64,000 bases of DNA from Escherichia coli (GCA_025336685.1 GCA_025336685.1_4717.1), one strand, 5' to 3'. Counted from the first letter of the stretch, positions 37,502 to 47,669 are shown. Numbers and translations: made by a program. Notes: generated by a model from the letters alone, not told the origin.

Positions 37502-39088
37502 TTATTTTTTTCCTCTTAAATTTACTACATGTTCATTTAATCGAACAACTAATTGCACAAGCTGCTGACGGATATCTGCTGGGCAAAGCATCAATCCTTT
37601 ACGATCAGCTGGGACTTTCTCAAGGATTTCCGGACCTGCTGCGGAAACATCCCAATCCCATTCACAAAACGCATCAGCCACCATGTTAATACCGACAACC
37701 GGTAAAGTTGTACGTTCATCTTCATACATGGCATGCGGATACAATTTATTGACGGTAATGACCTCCTGTGGTTTTAACTGATGGATAATCTGGTAAACGT
37801 CGTCGCGTTTAACCTGGATACCTACGGTCAGCGCAGCCAGTTGAGGAAAACCCCAATGGTCTAATAAGCACGCTGCGATTGCTAACGCTTTTGCCTGATG
37901 TACGGCTTCAATCGGTGATAGACTTCTCGCTGGAAGATGACTATCAAGCAACCATTGTGCCAATGCTCGGCATCCACGGTTGATTGGTTTTAACTCAATG
38001 CTGTCATCATGTTTAGCGTAGGTGTATCCGTCGTAACGTTTTGCGATACGCGCATACATGTCTTCAACTTTACCGTAAGGTGCTGTTTCGTCGACGTCAT
38101 GCAACACCCGTTCCATCTGGGTAAGATACGCGATATCAAGGATGAGTACGCGTGGTGAACGTTTATCTTTCACCATCAACGCATCAATCACGCCTTGACT
38201 GTCTTCATCTTGCGCATTCCCTCGCGGCGTTTTCTCGCGAATCGGTCCGCTGAAACGTCGTTCCGTACAAAGGTTATTCACATAGCTAAAGATCAACGTT
38301 ACCAGGTGCGTACAACTCACCAACACTCCATCTTTAACGACAGGCTGTACGGCTTGGTCCAAATCGCGTACTGCGAGACGGCGAACGATGGCTTGTGAAC
38401 GCAACCAACCAGGTACTTTCTCTGTCGACATGTAATCCACCGTCATCGACAGCGTGATCTTTTTATCGCCTGTCTGTGCACGGATATAATCTTCCAGTCG
38501 GTCGTAAGCAGCGATATCATGAATGCGTGTTTTATACATCAACGACATAGCCACTTCTTCTTTACGTACCGTCCCGTACGTTTTCCCTGCGTCAATCAGA
38601 AACTCCGCCCAAATCGGCACCATCAGCCGGACGTAGATCGCTAACGCCGTTAACTCAACGTAATCGTTTCGTAAATAGGTTTTCTCAGGTATGTCATCCT
38701 CACCTAATGTTGTTTTCATGTCTGGCGGTAATTTTACCCAACCTGGGGTATTACACAACGCCAGAATCTCTTCATAGACGATCGGTTTGTAAATTTCACC
38801 GACGGCGCGGCTCAACTCCTCCATTTGTTGCTGTGGAGCAATGTAGTTATCCATCGCTTCACGTGCTTTAACGAACCCTTCGAAGATGTCGTCGATTCGA
38901 CGTGGGTTCTTTTGTTCTATCCAAGCGAGATACTTATTAATCTCTCGCATCTGATTGCTAGCCATATCCCCATCAATCTTGATGTAGCCTTGGCCTGAAA
39001 ATTCCACGGCACGTCCGTCACGATGTTTGATGAGATAGTGATCCAGCTTTTCTTTGCCTTGCGTCGTAATGACGGGCACAATGTGCAT
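37502..39088 (-). CDS. hypothetical 528-aa protein
   Basis: Long ORF preceded by a 240-nt structured leader with promoter-like motif. Confidence 0.5.
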   Translation of the reverse strand: MHIVPVITTQGKEKLDHYLIKHRDGRAVEFSGQGYIKIDGDMASNQMREINKYLAWIEQKNPRRIDDIFEGFVKAREAMDNYIAPQQQMEELSRAVGEIYKPIVYEEILALCNTPGWVKLPPDMKTTLGEDDIPEKTYLRNDYVELTALAIYVRLMVPIWAEFLIDAGKTYGTVRKEEVAMSLMYKTRIHDIAAYDRLEDYIRAQTGDKKITLSMTVDYMSTEKVPGWLRSQAIVRRLAVRDLDQAVQPVVKDGVLVSCTHLVTLIFSYVNNLCTERRFSGPIREKTPRGNAQDEDSQGVIDALMVKDKRSPRVLILDIAYLTQMERVLHDVDETAPYGKVEDMYARIAKRYDGYTYAKHDDSIELKPINRGCRALAQWLLDSHLPARSLSPIEAVHQAKALAIAACLLDHWGFPQLAALTVGIQVKRDDVYQIIHQLKPQEVITVNKLYPHAMYEDERTTLPVVGINMVADAFCEWDWDVSAAGPEILEKVPADRKGLMLCPADIRQQLVQLVVRLNEHVVNLRGKK

Positions 39089-39180
39089 AACAACCTCTTT
39101 TCGCGGTTCCCTGTTGAAACGTCTTCTGTGACGTCTACCACAAAGGTAACATTTATGTCGCCTCTATGACTTTGTTCATA

Positions 39181-39202
39181 GAGGTAATATAAGCGTGAAT
39201 AA
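39181..39202 (-). promoter_or_regulatory. conserved promoter-like motif (TATATTAC core), copy 2
   Basis: Plus strand GAGGTAATATAAGCGTGAATAA, ~95 nt upstream of start 39088; overlaps hairpin CCTCTATGA/TCATAGAGG. Confidence 0.45.
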
Positions 39203-39330
39203 TTTTGGATTCCAGCTGAGTTATCGCTCAGCATGCAAGGCATCCCGCCGAAGCGAGACACCTTGCACTAACGGAAAGTATTCGCGTTACCTTCTGAGTC
39301 TTCGATTCAGAATGCGAAGCTAAAGCATTA

Positions 39331-40119
39331 TTAGAACGCTAAGCCATCAAAGGCTACAGACGGATCATCGTCGTCATTTGCGCTTGGTGCATCCCAACGG
39401 GTATCAGGGGCAGCTGGGGCCGAACGTGATGCGTTAGAGTTACCGTTGTACTGGCCGTTACCAGCATTACGGTTACCGCCGCCGTTATTATTGTTGCGAT
39501 TATAGCTGTTGTTGCCATTACTTACGCTACGGCTCTCACCATCGAAATTGGTTGCGAGGATGCTTGGCAACACAGCACGATGGATGCGTACGAATTCCAA
39601 TGCACAAAGCGGAGAAACAACCCCGATCTGCAACGGTTGCCCAGACTCATCAACCAGAGAGTGGAAACGTGGTGGTTTGAATACGAACTGGATGTTTGGT
39701 TTCTGGTATGCTGTTACAGCGATGTATACCGAACCATCATCATTCTTACCAACCCATGTTGTACTTTCGGTAATCTGTTTCTTCTTACCTGGGTTATTGC
39801 GATCATCAATAACCTTTTCGTTCTTCATCGCAAAGCGTTGACCTGGTTTACCCTTAGCAACCTGCTCAAGGATCGCAAGCAGGTTGTAGAACGCGTATGA
39901 ACTCATGCGTGCCCAAATGCTTTCAGCGCGACCCTGCTGGTCTTTACGACCTGTATAAACCGTGATACGCGGTTGATTCTTAGCAACGCTAATTTTCAGT
40001 GAGGGGACCGAATTGCCACCCTCAACTTTTTCGTCCGCCCACAGTTTCCAGTTGTTGTCGTCGTAAGCCGTAGGAATAATGTTTCCTTGTGGTTTACTAC
40101 CCGAATTCCAATTGCTCAT
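39331..40119 (-). CDS. possible ssDNA-binding protein
   Basis: Globular N-terminal ~190 aa, N/G-rich linker (NGNNSYNRNNNNGGGNRNAGNGQYNGNSN), acidic C-terminal tip DDDDPSVAFDGLAF resembling an SSB tail. Confidence 0.4.
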   Translation of the reverse strand: MSNWNSGSKPQGNIIPTAYDDNNWKLWADEKVEGGNSVPSLKISVAKNQPRITVYTGRKDQQGRAESIWARMSSYAFYNLLAILEQVAKGKPGQRFAMKNEKVIDDRNNPGKKKQITESTTWVGKNDDGSVYIAVTAYQKPNIQFVFKPPRFHSLVDESGQPLQIGVVSPLCALEFVRIHRAVLPSILATNFDGESRSVSNGNNSYNRNNNNGGGNRNAGNGQYNGNSNASRSAPAAPDTRWDAPSANDDDDPSVAFDGLAF

Positions 40120-40192
40120 TTTCAGCCTCGTTACGTAGTGTGCATCAATTTCTGGTTCAGATGATTGTCAATATTAGTTAAAAATTACAGCC

Positions 40193-40990
40193 TCAGCGGA
40201 ACATGTCCAACAGAAAACGTTTTGCGAAGGGGTCGCGTAACTGGTTGACACCAAAGCGTGTACGGTCTTCCGTTGTTAACGGATTCCACTGACTCTGTTT
40301 CGCAAGATCTAACAGCATCCTTTTTATTTTCACCGGTCCGCTGTTAAACTGTACGGCTTGGTCACCGAACGTTCCCAATGTCATCTTTGTAAATGGGAGG
40401 TTCGCAACCTCTGGACGATCCCCACCAGTAAGTTTGGTTGACCACTGATGTTTTCGTTTCAAAGTTCCGGTATGACTCTCTACCAAAATAAGTTCACCAA
40501 AACCGGTTCTTGCCAACAAGTCAGAAACATAGTGCGTGGTGATATACGATGTTTTGGTTATCGTGGGTAATTTACAATCCATCGATTCGATATTAGGGAG
40601 TCGATCTACAGACGCCATCAACCCACGATAAAGTGTAGCGAGTCCTTTTTGTTTTTCGGTATGTGGCTCCTTGTGTATAGCGTGCGGATAAACACGCTTT
40701 ATTGATGCATAGGTTGGCGCATATATCCGCAAACGAATATGGGGAACGAGTTCATTCACCAACTGCCTTAGCTGCAGCAACTCGTTTTGAAAATCCCCCG
40801 TTATCATCGATAATGGTAATTTATGTTGCTCGACGTCTTCAAAGCTTTCAACAAAATTGCGCGCTAAAGTACGCAGGTTGAACAACCAATCCATCGGTGT
40901 TTCTGGCTGTTGCTGTACTGCTGATAATGTTGCTGACGTCCCCACCGATAAAGGATAATCACCTAGCGTGCGGGCGTACATATCGCTCAT
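40193..40990 (-). CDS. hypothetical protein
   Basis: Track start 41026 is TTG; ATG 40990 (MSDMYARTLGDY) preceded by AAGGAG. Confidence 0.45.
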   Translation of the reverse strand: MSDMYARTLGDYPLSVGTSATLSAVQQQPETPMDWLFNLRTLARNFVESFEDVEQHKLPLSMITGDFQNELLQLRQLVNELVPHIRLRIYAPTYASIKRVYPHAIHKEPHTEKQKGLATLYRGLMASVDRLPNIESMDCKLPTITKTSYITTHYVSDLLARTGFGELILVESHTGTLKRKHQWSTKLTGGDRPEVANLPFTKMTLGTFGDQAVQFNSGPVKIKRMLLDLAKQSQWNPLTTEDRTRFGVNQLRDPFAKRFLLDMFR

Positions 40991-41009
40991 ACCCCACAAC
41001 TCCTTCTTA

Positions 41010-42152
41010 TCATGGCAACGTATCAAGCCAAGCAGAAACCTTTAAGGCATCAACGTTCGGGTATTTATTACGGATGCGTTCGACCAACAAACGCTTAACG
41101 TTGTCCTTTGTCAAGTCCCCACCCTTCTCGATAACGTTATTGACAAAACTGTTCTTTAATAGCGACTGGTTGTTCTTGGCATCCGTTTTAATTGACCAGA
41201 CAAAACCTGGATACAAAGAAGGGATAGAACGAAACGTTTTCGCTGCGTCGTCTTCCTTATCGCAGCGTATTCGAATATGATCGCCCTTCTTCAATGGAGC
41301 CAATTCCCGTTCCAACACACGGACAATTTCATCTCCAACAAGACCATGCAGTTTTATCGTCTTGTAGACATCTGCTTTCTTGTTCTCAACAAATTCCCAT
41401 TGGTCGTTAAACGATTCTGTTAACGTATAACGGAGGTACCCCTTTGGACCTTCTTCGCCATGCGACAAGCGACCGAACGAACCGCCAACCATGATACGTC
41501 CTTTCTGGGATTGTAAGTGAATATGTCCGCTCACAATCCATCCCTGGGTCTTCTCCACCATTGCGTTATACGCATCACTGCTATGAACACATGTCGCTTT
41601 TAACGCTTCTGGTGGAAGCTGATATTCGAACGCACCGTGCATCAGAATGAAGTCCGGCGATCCCTTCTCATCAATAAGTCGGTTCACGGCTGACAACGTC
41701 ACATCCGGGTCGTGGCTGTAGTTATCTGGAAGATAAAGTACTTTTAAACCAAAGTCTTCATCAACCATGCAGAGGTCATCGTAATAACGAACTTTCGCTC
41801 CTATCTCCATGACCTCGTTCTGCTCAACGAACCACTGGCTTTGCTTCTGGTCGTGTAAATTGGTACCCTCAAGAAAGATCAATGTAATATCGTGTTTTCT
41901 CGCATACCGTAACAACCAGGTACCCCAAGCACGAACAGCAACCACGTCACTCGTTACAAACGTCGTAATACGATCGAAGACATCACCACTGAACGTAATC
42001 ACGTCAAGCAGCGCAGGATCTTCTTTGGTGATGTAATAACGTAGCTGGTTAATCAGGTTTACTGTTGGTGTTTGACGATGGATAAAGTGAATATCCGACA
42101 AATTGATTCCACGTAATACCCCAGGCGTTTTATTTCGACTGAAGTCTCGCAT
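41010..42152 (-). CDS. calcineurin-like metallophosphoesterase, Mre11/SbcD-like nuclease candidate
   Basis: Motifs LSDIHF, GDVFD, GTNLHD, MHG, SGHIH. Confidence 0.6.
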   Translation of the reverse strand: MRDFSRNKTPGVLRGINLSDIHFIHRQTPTVNLINQLRYYITKEDPALLDVITFSGDVFDRITTFVTSDVVAVRAWGTWLLRYARKHDITLIFLEGTNLHDQKQSQWFVEQNEVMEIGAKVRYYDDLCMVDEDFGLKVLYLPDNYSHDPDVTLSAVNRLIDEKGSPDFILMHGAFEYQLPPEALKATCVHSSDAYNAMVEKTQGWIVSGHIHLQSQKGRIMVGGSFGRLSHGEEGPKGYLRYTLTESFNDQWEFVENKKADVYKTIKLHGLVGDEIVRVLERELAPLKKGDHIRIRCDKEDDAAKTFRSIPSLYPGFVWSIKTDAKNNQSLLKNSFVNNVIEKGGDLTKDNVKRLLVERIRNKYPNVDALKVSAWLDTLP

Positions 42153-42934
42153 CAGAATTCCTCTAAATCGCTGCTGCTAATAGTCCCCGTCGTAGACGAC
42201 ATGTTTCTACTGCTCGCCGACGCTGTTGTTGCGGATGTTCTGGCTAGATTCAATCCATTTAATAACCCGCGCTCTTTTACCGTACGACGCGAACCATCAC
42301 GAACATCGTAAAGAGGTACGTTGTAATGGTCAAAAATCCGAAGCCATTGCACGTAATCAGCAACAACATGGTCTTTGCTTTCATTCGGAGCAAAGCGATC
42401 GAGCTGATGGTCAACATACGCTTTTGCGCTTTCAGGATTGAAGTTATACTGTCGACGTGCTTTATCCACCATCGCGAGGAAACATGTGTTGGGGTCACGA
42501 TTGATGTATGAACGCGTCCGGATAAAGATAGCCGGTACCGTAAACAGAACCTTGTTGTTATTCCCGTCAGTGACAATATTAACGGCACGATGTGGCTGAC
42601 CTGCTATCTTACACCAATCATGGACAATGGTGCTATTACTCAACATCTCCGCGTATTCAGGATCCTGAGAAAACATTCCTGCGAACGGATACAAGAAATG
42701 TTTAACAAACAGCGATTCGGGCAGGATGTTGGGACGCGTCATCTCCTGTAAACCTTTTCGTAGAAGCTCGCTGTTGTCTACCAGCTCCTGCCACATGTCC
42801 GGTCGTGTTTTCGGGATGGACGGATCCTGAGCGCGACGAATGCGTTCTTCTTCATTTACAACCACTACCCCGGCCGGATACCCCAATAAATCCGTTCCTT
42901 CGCTAACGTTGCTGTTAGTTTGGTGCGCCTTCAT
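42152..42934 (-). CDS. hypothetical protein, S/T-rich C-terminus
   Basis: 260-aa ORF. Confidence 0.45.
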   Translation of the reverse strand: MKAHQTNSNVSEGTDLLGYPAGVVVVNEEERIRRAQDPSIPKTRPDMWQELVDNSELLRKGLQEMTRPNILPESLFVKHFLYPFAGMFSQDPEYAEMLSNSTIVHDWCKIAGQPHRAVNIVTDGNNNKVLFTVPAIFIRTRSYINRDPNTCFLAMVDKARRQYNFNPESAKAYVDHQLDRFAPNESKDHVVADYVQWLRIFDHYNVPLYDVRDGSRRTVKERGLLNGLNLARTSATTASASSRNMSSTTGTISSSDLEEF

Positions 42935-43322
42935 TTACTTCCTCCTGCCACTTGACAAAATTACCACGCTCGGATCGCAGAACACCGCCCAAATCGTACG
43001 ATATACCTTTCTCTGTGACAATCCCGCCAATCTGGAGATCGACACGTTCCGTCGTCGGATCGATATACTTGACACGGACTTTCAATTCCACACGATCGTA
43101 ATAACGCATTAAATAATCATACAACATCCGGTATGTCGCATCTTCCAATTTGGGTGCGCTATACTGCGATGTTGCAATGAGGTACGGTAGTGAAACGATG
43201 GAACCTTGATAGCAATACGACTGGGAATGATTCGATATTGCGAAATTGGTCATTAACCCATCCAGCTTTTTTCCCGACGCGGTTAAAAAGCTCGACAGTC
43301 CAGGTAACGGATTCGATGCCAT
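42915..43322 (-). CDS. hypothetical protein
   Basis: 135-aa ORF. Confidence 0.4.
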   Translation of the reverse strand: MASNPLPGLSSFLTASGKKLDGLMTNFAISNHSQSYCYQGSIVSLPYLIATSQYSAPKLEDATYRMLYDYLMRYYDRVELKVRVKYIDPTTERVDLQIGGIVTEKGISYDLGGVLRSERGNFVKWQEEVNEGAPN

Positions 43323-43335
43323 GAGGAACTCCTCT

Positions 43336-43785
43336 TTAAGCGTAATTCATTCCAACCAATCTATCGTAGTTAGGCATATGCCCTAACTTCAGTTCGATAG
43401 GCATGGATACGTTGGTGCGCGGTGCGTAAAATGTTCGCGTATGCATATCGATATACCCACAGTCCAAATAAACAATATCGGACAACTCTGCCGGATGTTT
43501 AGGTGTGGGAATCTTTAGTCGATTATAACACTCGAGCTGCCACCAGGCATGAAAAAAGTTATTGTAAGCGTACGATTTACTGTTGGCAACTTTAAGTCCG
43601 TAGACCACCCATAACGCCGCCATGAAGTTGGTTGCGTTAATTCGCATCGGTTGTTCATTATTGAGCATGTACGTGTAGGTAAACAAGGGCGTGTTACCAT
43701 CACCGAAACGTCCGACCAAGGTATTGTTTGTGCGTTCGACCTCAAAGGAAAAATGCTGGCTGCTATTACCATCAAAATGAATCAT
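43336..43785 (-). CDS. hypothetical protein
   Basis: 149-aa ORF. Confidence 0.45.
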   Translation of the reverse strand: MIHFDGNSSQHFSFEVERTNNTLVGRFGDGNTPLFTYTYMLNNEQPMRINATNFMAALWVVYGLKVANSKSYAYNNFFHAWWQLECYNRLKIPTPKHPAELSDIVYLDCGYIDMHTRTFYAPRTNVSMPIELKLGHMPNYDRLVGMNYA

Positions 43786-43866
43786 TCTGTTCTCCCCAAG
43801 CTTTTCATTTCATAGAGTGGTGGAAATTCGTAGAAAGTTACAAAAATAAAAAGAATGGGTAGTCCC

Positions 43867-43887
43867 TCCCCACCCGAAGGTAGGGAG
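43867..43887 (-). terminator. hairpin CTCCCCACC-CGAA-GGTAGGGAG followed on the minus strand by a U-rich run
   Basis: 9-bp stem with one mismatch; UUCUUUUUAUUUUUG follows. Confidence 0.5.
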
Positions 43888-43902
43888 AGACCACAGATGT
43901 AT

Positions 43903-44367
43903 TTAAACCAATGCTGCGATAACGTCGTTAACATTACGACCACGCAACTCTGCCGCCAAACGAATAACTTCATCCAGGGAACGGTTTGTACGAATCTTAG
44001 CTACTTTCCAATTTTCAGGATACTGTTCGAAGTTAAGTAACCAAGTCATTACCTTTGCTTGTTCCACACCGTTGAGTTTGATTGTCGTGCGTGGATTGGC
44101 TTTGAACCACTTCTTGCTCAGCTGTGCCATACGGCGAACAGGGTAAGCGTAAGCGCGAGTCCAATCTTTGGACAGATTGTCGAGTAACTCACGGTAGCTG
44201 CTATCGTAGTCTTTGTTGATACGACGTAATAACCAGTTGGCGGTCATCTGATAGAGTTTATCATCTTCGCGTAACCGCATCCCTGCTACTGCTAAATAAA
44301 CGATAAGACCTGCACCCATGATGAGAGACAGGATAAACAGAACTTGGGTTTCTTGTGCTAAAGTCAT
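43903..44367 (-). CDS. membrane-anchored protein (N-terminal TM helix)
   Basis: VLFILSLIMGAGLIVYLAVAG hydrophobic segment; promoter-like motif upstream. Confidence 0.45.
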   Translation of the reverse strand: MTLAQETQVLFILSLIMGAGLIVYLAVAGMRLREDDKLYQMTANWLLRRINKDYDSSYRELLDNLSKDWTRAYAYPVRRMAQLSKKWFKANPRTTIKLNGVEQAKVMTWLLNFEQYPENWKVAKIRTNRSLDEVIRLAAELRGRNVNDVIAALV

Positions 44368-44452
44368 TTTACTATCCTCGGATTTCGTTAGGATTTGATT
44401 TCCAATATAAGGACAATGTGATATGCCTTATACAGTCGATTGATGTTGTACA

Positions 44453-44479
44453 TCACTTAAGTAATATAGCCGTGAAAAA
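44453..44479 (-). promoter_or_regulatory. conserved promoter-like motif (TATATTAC core), copy 3
   Basis: Plus strand TCACTTAAGTAATATAGCCGTGAAAAA, ~90 nt upstream of start 44367. Confidence 0.5.
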
Positions 44480-44486
44480 TGTTGGA

Positions 44487-45284
44487 TTAACGTGTTCTCC
44501 TATCACGATGCGTATACGACTGAAGACCGATGTCCATATGCGGTAACGTCAGCGTCTGCCAGATCTGTCGTGCATAGCGATCGAGCGTATGATCGTCAGT
44601 AACACAATCGACCGGTTCGATGAGGTGCGTCGTATACTGGCTTTTCTCGGAGAAAGGTTCTATGTTAGCGGTGTCCCCTAATCCGCTTTTCACCGTGAAG
44701 ACGAGACGAGTAATTATCATCGCCTTATGCTGCTGTTCATTATAGCGAAGGCTACGATATACGGCATAGCTCCCCCCTTTTAAGCTTCGGGTATAACGAA
44801 GGTCGGAGGTCGTCTCGGAAATCTGATACAGCATCCAATCCAACGTATCTCGCCAGTACGCATCATCCACATCAGGAACCGTGATACCATAACGCGTAGG
44901 CAGCAGTTCTAAAAGCAATTTATAAAGTCCTCGACGCAGACCATGCTCTTCTGTTTCAGACAAACCGTGTCCAACGTAACGTGAGATACGCGTACGTAAA
45001 TACGTACGGATGAACATATTTGTCATCAGTGATTTCGCGCTACTACTGGTATCCTCAAAGCGATCAACACTGAAACTCGTTTCAATCGGCTGCCCATTAA
45101 AGTACAATGCGGCAACATACATCGCATTACTGCTATCTCGTTCAATGTTTAAACGCCCGCAGATATTGGCTGCGTCGTTCATGGTAAATTCTAACTTATC
45201 GTGTTCGATACGATAGATAATATCCTCTTGGGTTGCTAAGCTCGCAATGCGACGATAACCCGGAGAAGTGCGTTTTACACCCAT
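44487..45284 (-). CDS. hypothetical protein
   Basis: Track start 45302 is TTG; ATG 45284 (MGVKRTSPGY) with GAGGA RBS. Confidence 0.45.
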   Translation of the reverse strand: MGVKRTSPGYRRIASLATQEDIIYRIEHDKLEFTMNDAANICGRLNIERDSSNAMYVAALYFNGQPIETSFSVDRFEDTSSSAKSLMTNMFIRTYLRTRISRYVGHGLSETEEHGLRRGLYKLLLELLPTRYGITVPDVDDAYWRDTLDWMLYQISETTSDLRYTRSLKGGSYAVYRSLRYNEQQHKAMIITRLVFTVKSGLGDTANIEPFSEKSQYTTHLIEPVDCVTDDHTLDRYARQIWQTLTLPHMDIGLQSYTHRDRRTR

Positions 45285-45325
45285 GATTGTCCTCGTTTTC
45301 AATTTAAGATTACATGCAGCATAAA

Positions 45326-45350
45326 CCCTCCCCGCATAAGGCAGGGAGGG
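45326..45350 (-). terminator. hairpin CCCTCCC ... GGGAGGG followed by UUUAUGCUG
   Basis: 7-bp stem. Confidence 0.45.
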
Positions 45351-45365
45351 TAGCCATTGAATAGA

Positions 45366-46004
45366 TTAACCTAATTTACCACCGGCGATATTGGTGAAAT
45401 CTTCGCCATCAGGAACTTGCAGTAGAATACGTGCCATGTCCCAGTTGGTTAATGTGATTGCTTTATCATCGATACTCAGTTCTGGTAGGTCGAGTTCATG
45501 ATCATCAAACTCGTAGGAAATACTCCACGTTTCATCTGTTTTAGGATCCGTCATCAATACACCGTCTGTCACACGCATGTAGTCCGGATGCAGTTCATTA
45601 CTGAACGTACTGAACGGATCGGTGTAACATTCAGCATACCCCTCGATCTGCTGACGCTGTGCCTTCGTACGTAATTCAGGGCACGCCATGATCAGTTGTC
45701 GAGATATGCCGTTTGCAGCACGGAAGTCTTCCACAGTGTTACATGGCATAACCACATCGTCATGGAAGATGTTCTCCGATTGTCTCAACAGCGTCTTACG
45801 GAGTTCAGCATAGTTTATCTGATTGAATGCATCGAACGTTGCTAACGATTCAGCGTAAAAATGCTTTACGTGTTCGCTTGCGCCACCGAGACTATTCATC
45901 AACTTATGGCCGTACTCCATAAAGCTTTTATCGAGACCGGAGGACATTTCTCCGAACCTCAGTGCACGATAACTGTCTCGTCCACCTGTAAATATTTGCG
46001 CCAT
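45366..46004 (-). CDS. hypothetical protein
   Basis: 212-aa ORF; AGGAGG RBS directly after the upstream stop. Confidence 0.5.
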   Translation of the reverse strand: MAQIFTGGRDSYRALRFGEMSSGLDKSFMEYGHKLMNSLGGASEHVKHFYAESLATFDAFNQINYAELRKTLLRQSENIFHDDVVMPCNTVEDFRAANGISRQLIMACPELRTKAQRQQIEGYAECYTDPFSTFSNELHPDYMRVTDGVLMTDPKTDETWSISYEFDDHELDLPELSIDDKAITLTNWDMARILLQVPDGEDFTNIAGGKLG

Positions 46005-46019
46005 TACAGGCGTCCTCCT

Positions 46020-46257
46020 TTAGCAATGGTTGTTAGTTGCTTCTATTTCATCAAGATACGGTTCTACGTCATCGCCCTCCACGAATTCGTTGAACCAACA
46101 GTCAATGGTAGAAATAACCGGTGACTGGTGTTCACATTTCTTAGATACCTTAAAAGGCACGTTATTATCCATCATACCGAGTTCGGGTCGAAAACGCCCG
46201 AAATGTTTCGCAGTCCAAATGTCTGGGACGATATGGTTGTTCATCGCGTCCCCATCG
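46020..46257 (-). CDS. RNA polymerase beta-prime-like N-terminal subunit, exon 2
   Basis: Starts with codons for DGDAMNNHIVPDIW, the continuation of NADF|DGD; ends at stop 46020. Confidence 0.75.
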
Positions 46258-47669
46258 CTTCAGTTTAATTTGGTCGAACGTATTCCAATTTCAATCCATG
46301 CCAATCACCGCCTTTACTAATAGCGGTACTTATCGTAGTCGGATGCACTTTATGTTCTTCAGCAAGGGCGAATCTATCAGGATAGACTTTATGTGTACCA
46401 TCCTCAAACACCACCTTTACTGGGAACCTTTGTAATCCACCAGTTTTTGGTCTAGGCTCTTTAGGAATATATTTACATTCGTTCACATCGCCAGGATAAT
46501 TCCTTGTCCACCATGCTTTCCAACCGTTTCTGGAAAACATCTTATCTCCATGACATAAGCTATGACTTAATGTCGCATAGCTCACTCCCACCATTGTTGC
46601 CGCCATTACGGTACTTTCCATGTGATACTTGTCTCCATCGGGCGATATTAAAACCAACCCGCCGTAAATAACATACGACTTACCGGCATCTTCGGATGTG
46701 AAACCGACAAATTCCATTCCGTGGGTAGCCGCATCGTAATATTTCATCAACGGCCATTGTCGTGTAGTACGGAACCATTTTGAAATCTGGGTGTGTGGGA
46801 TACCGTAACACTTAGCCGCATCGCGCATACTGTAATGTTCGGTTATCTCGCCAGTTCTCAAATCCTTTATCCATACTGTTTTAGCTTTCCAGTTCAAGCC
46901 CGTACGATAGGCATGGTACGTATTTTGGGATTGACTCGTCCATTCAAGATTATCCAAGCGGTTGTTATCTTTAACTCCGTCAAGATGGTTACCTACTAAC
47001 ATTGATCCCTCAGGCAGCATAGGTTTTTCACGAAAGGTGGATAAAACAACATGATGAGCTGCTATATCTCTACCTTCATGTCTGACCCTTACATATCCTA
47101 ATACGTTAGTTTTTCCTACTTCCTCTCCAGTATAGGCATCTATAATGACACCCTCCACAGAAGCGGCAAGTCCGGGATAATCTTTACAATGGTAAAATCC
47201 TGGGAATTTTGTCTCTCTAAGTTTCATCTTCTCTCCGCTATCGGCCAACAGAGAGAAAACGTTCCTCGGAGGCCGACGTTTTCAAATTAAACTACGTTAT
47301 CGACTATATCTTCATCCTCATTGCGAGGAGTCTCCCGTTTGGGTCTGTGTTTAACAGAGCCTACTCTACTCGACATCGCGTCTTTCGATAGTCTGTGAGC
47401 ACACATCTTAACGAACATTCGTGGACTCCTAAACAGGTGAACATTCTTGTTAAGATGCTTCGCTGCGGGTTATTCCCGTCCTACCTCTTTTACCATACCC
47501 AGTTCATTACGCTGGCCCTCATCTATGTCGCCACGATGAGTTGGTGTGTAGTCCGATTACAGAAACTTCCCGTCAATTAGAGAGTTTTAACTATGTTCCT
47601 GTTACCAGAAACCCGACTCCGATGATATCAATAAATCAACGTAAGTTATTGATTTAATTGAAGAAACTG
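46258..47669 (-). other. group I intron (1412 nt) in the RNAP beta-prime-like gene
   Basis: 5' splice after U (GCCGACUU|CAG); candidate IGS GAGUCGG pairs with exon CCGACUU including a U.G wobble; P AAUUGACGGGAAG, Q AAUAACCCGCAGC, R GCUCACAGACUAUCGAAAG, S GAAGAUAUAGUCGA all in the first ~400 nt; 3' end ...CUGAAG with terminal G. Confidence 0.8.
46265..47227 (-). CDS. HNH homing endonuclease encoded in the 3' part of the intron
   Basis: HHVVLSTFREKPMLPEGSMLVGNHLDGVKDNNRLDNLEW (HNH core); track start 47248 is TTG, ATG 47227 has GGAGAG RBS. Confidence 0.8.
   Translation of the reverse strand: MKLRETKFPGFYHCKDYPGLAASVEGVIIDAYTGEEVGKTNVLGYVRVRHEGRDIAAHHVVLSTFREKPMLPEGSMLVGNHLDGVKDNNRLDNLEWTSQSQNTYHAYRTGLNWKAKTVWIKDLRTGEITEHYSMRDAAKCYGIPHTQISKWFRTTRQWPLMKYYDAATHGMEFVGFTSEDAGKSYVIYGGLVLISPDGDKYHMESTVMAATMVGVSYATLSHSLCHGDKMFSRNGWKAWWTRNYPGDVNECKYIPKEPRPKTGGLQRFPVKVVFEDGTHKVYPDRFALAEEHKVHPTTISTAISKGGDWHGLKLEYVRPN

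Noticed and set aside
38917-39261. 114-aa minus-strand ORF in the leader of the 528-aa gene
   Set aside because: It overlaps the promoter-like motif and several hairpins, has no RBS and Cys/Arg-rich composition; the region is better explained as a structured 5' leader
46244-46257. Exon 2 of the beta-prime-like gene as an independent gene starting at ATG 46244 (split gene rather than intron)
   Set aside because: Possible in principle, but the split would fall between F and D of the catalytic NADFDGD loop, and the intervening sequence has a complete group I core with matching splice-site rules; splicing is the simpler explanation pending RNA data
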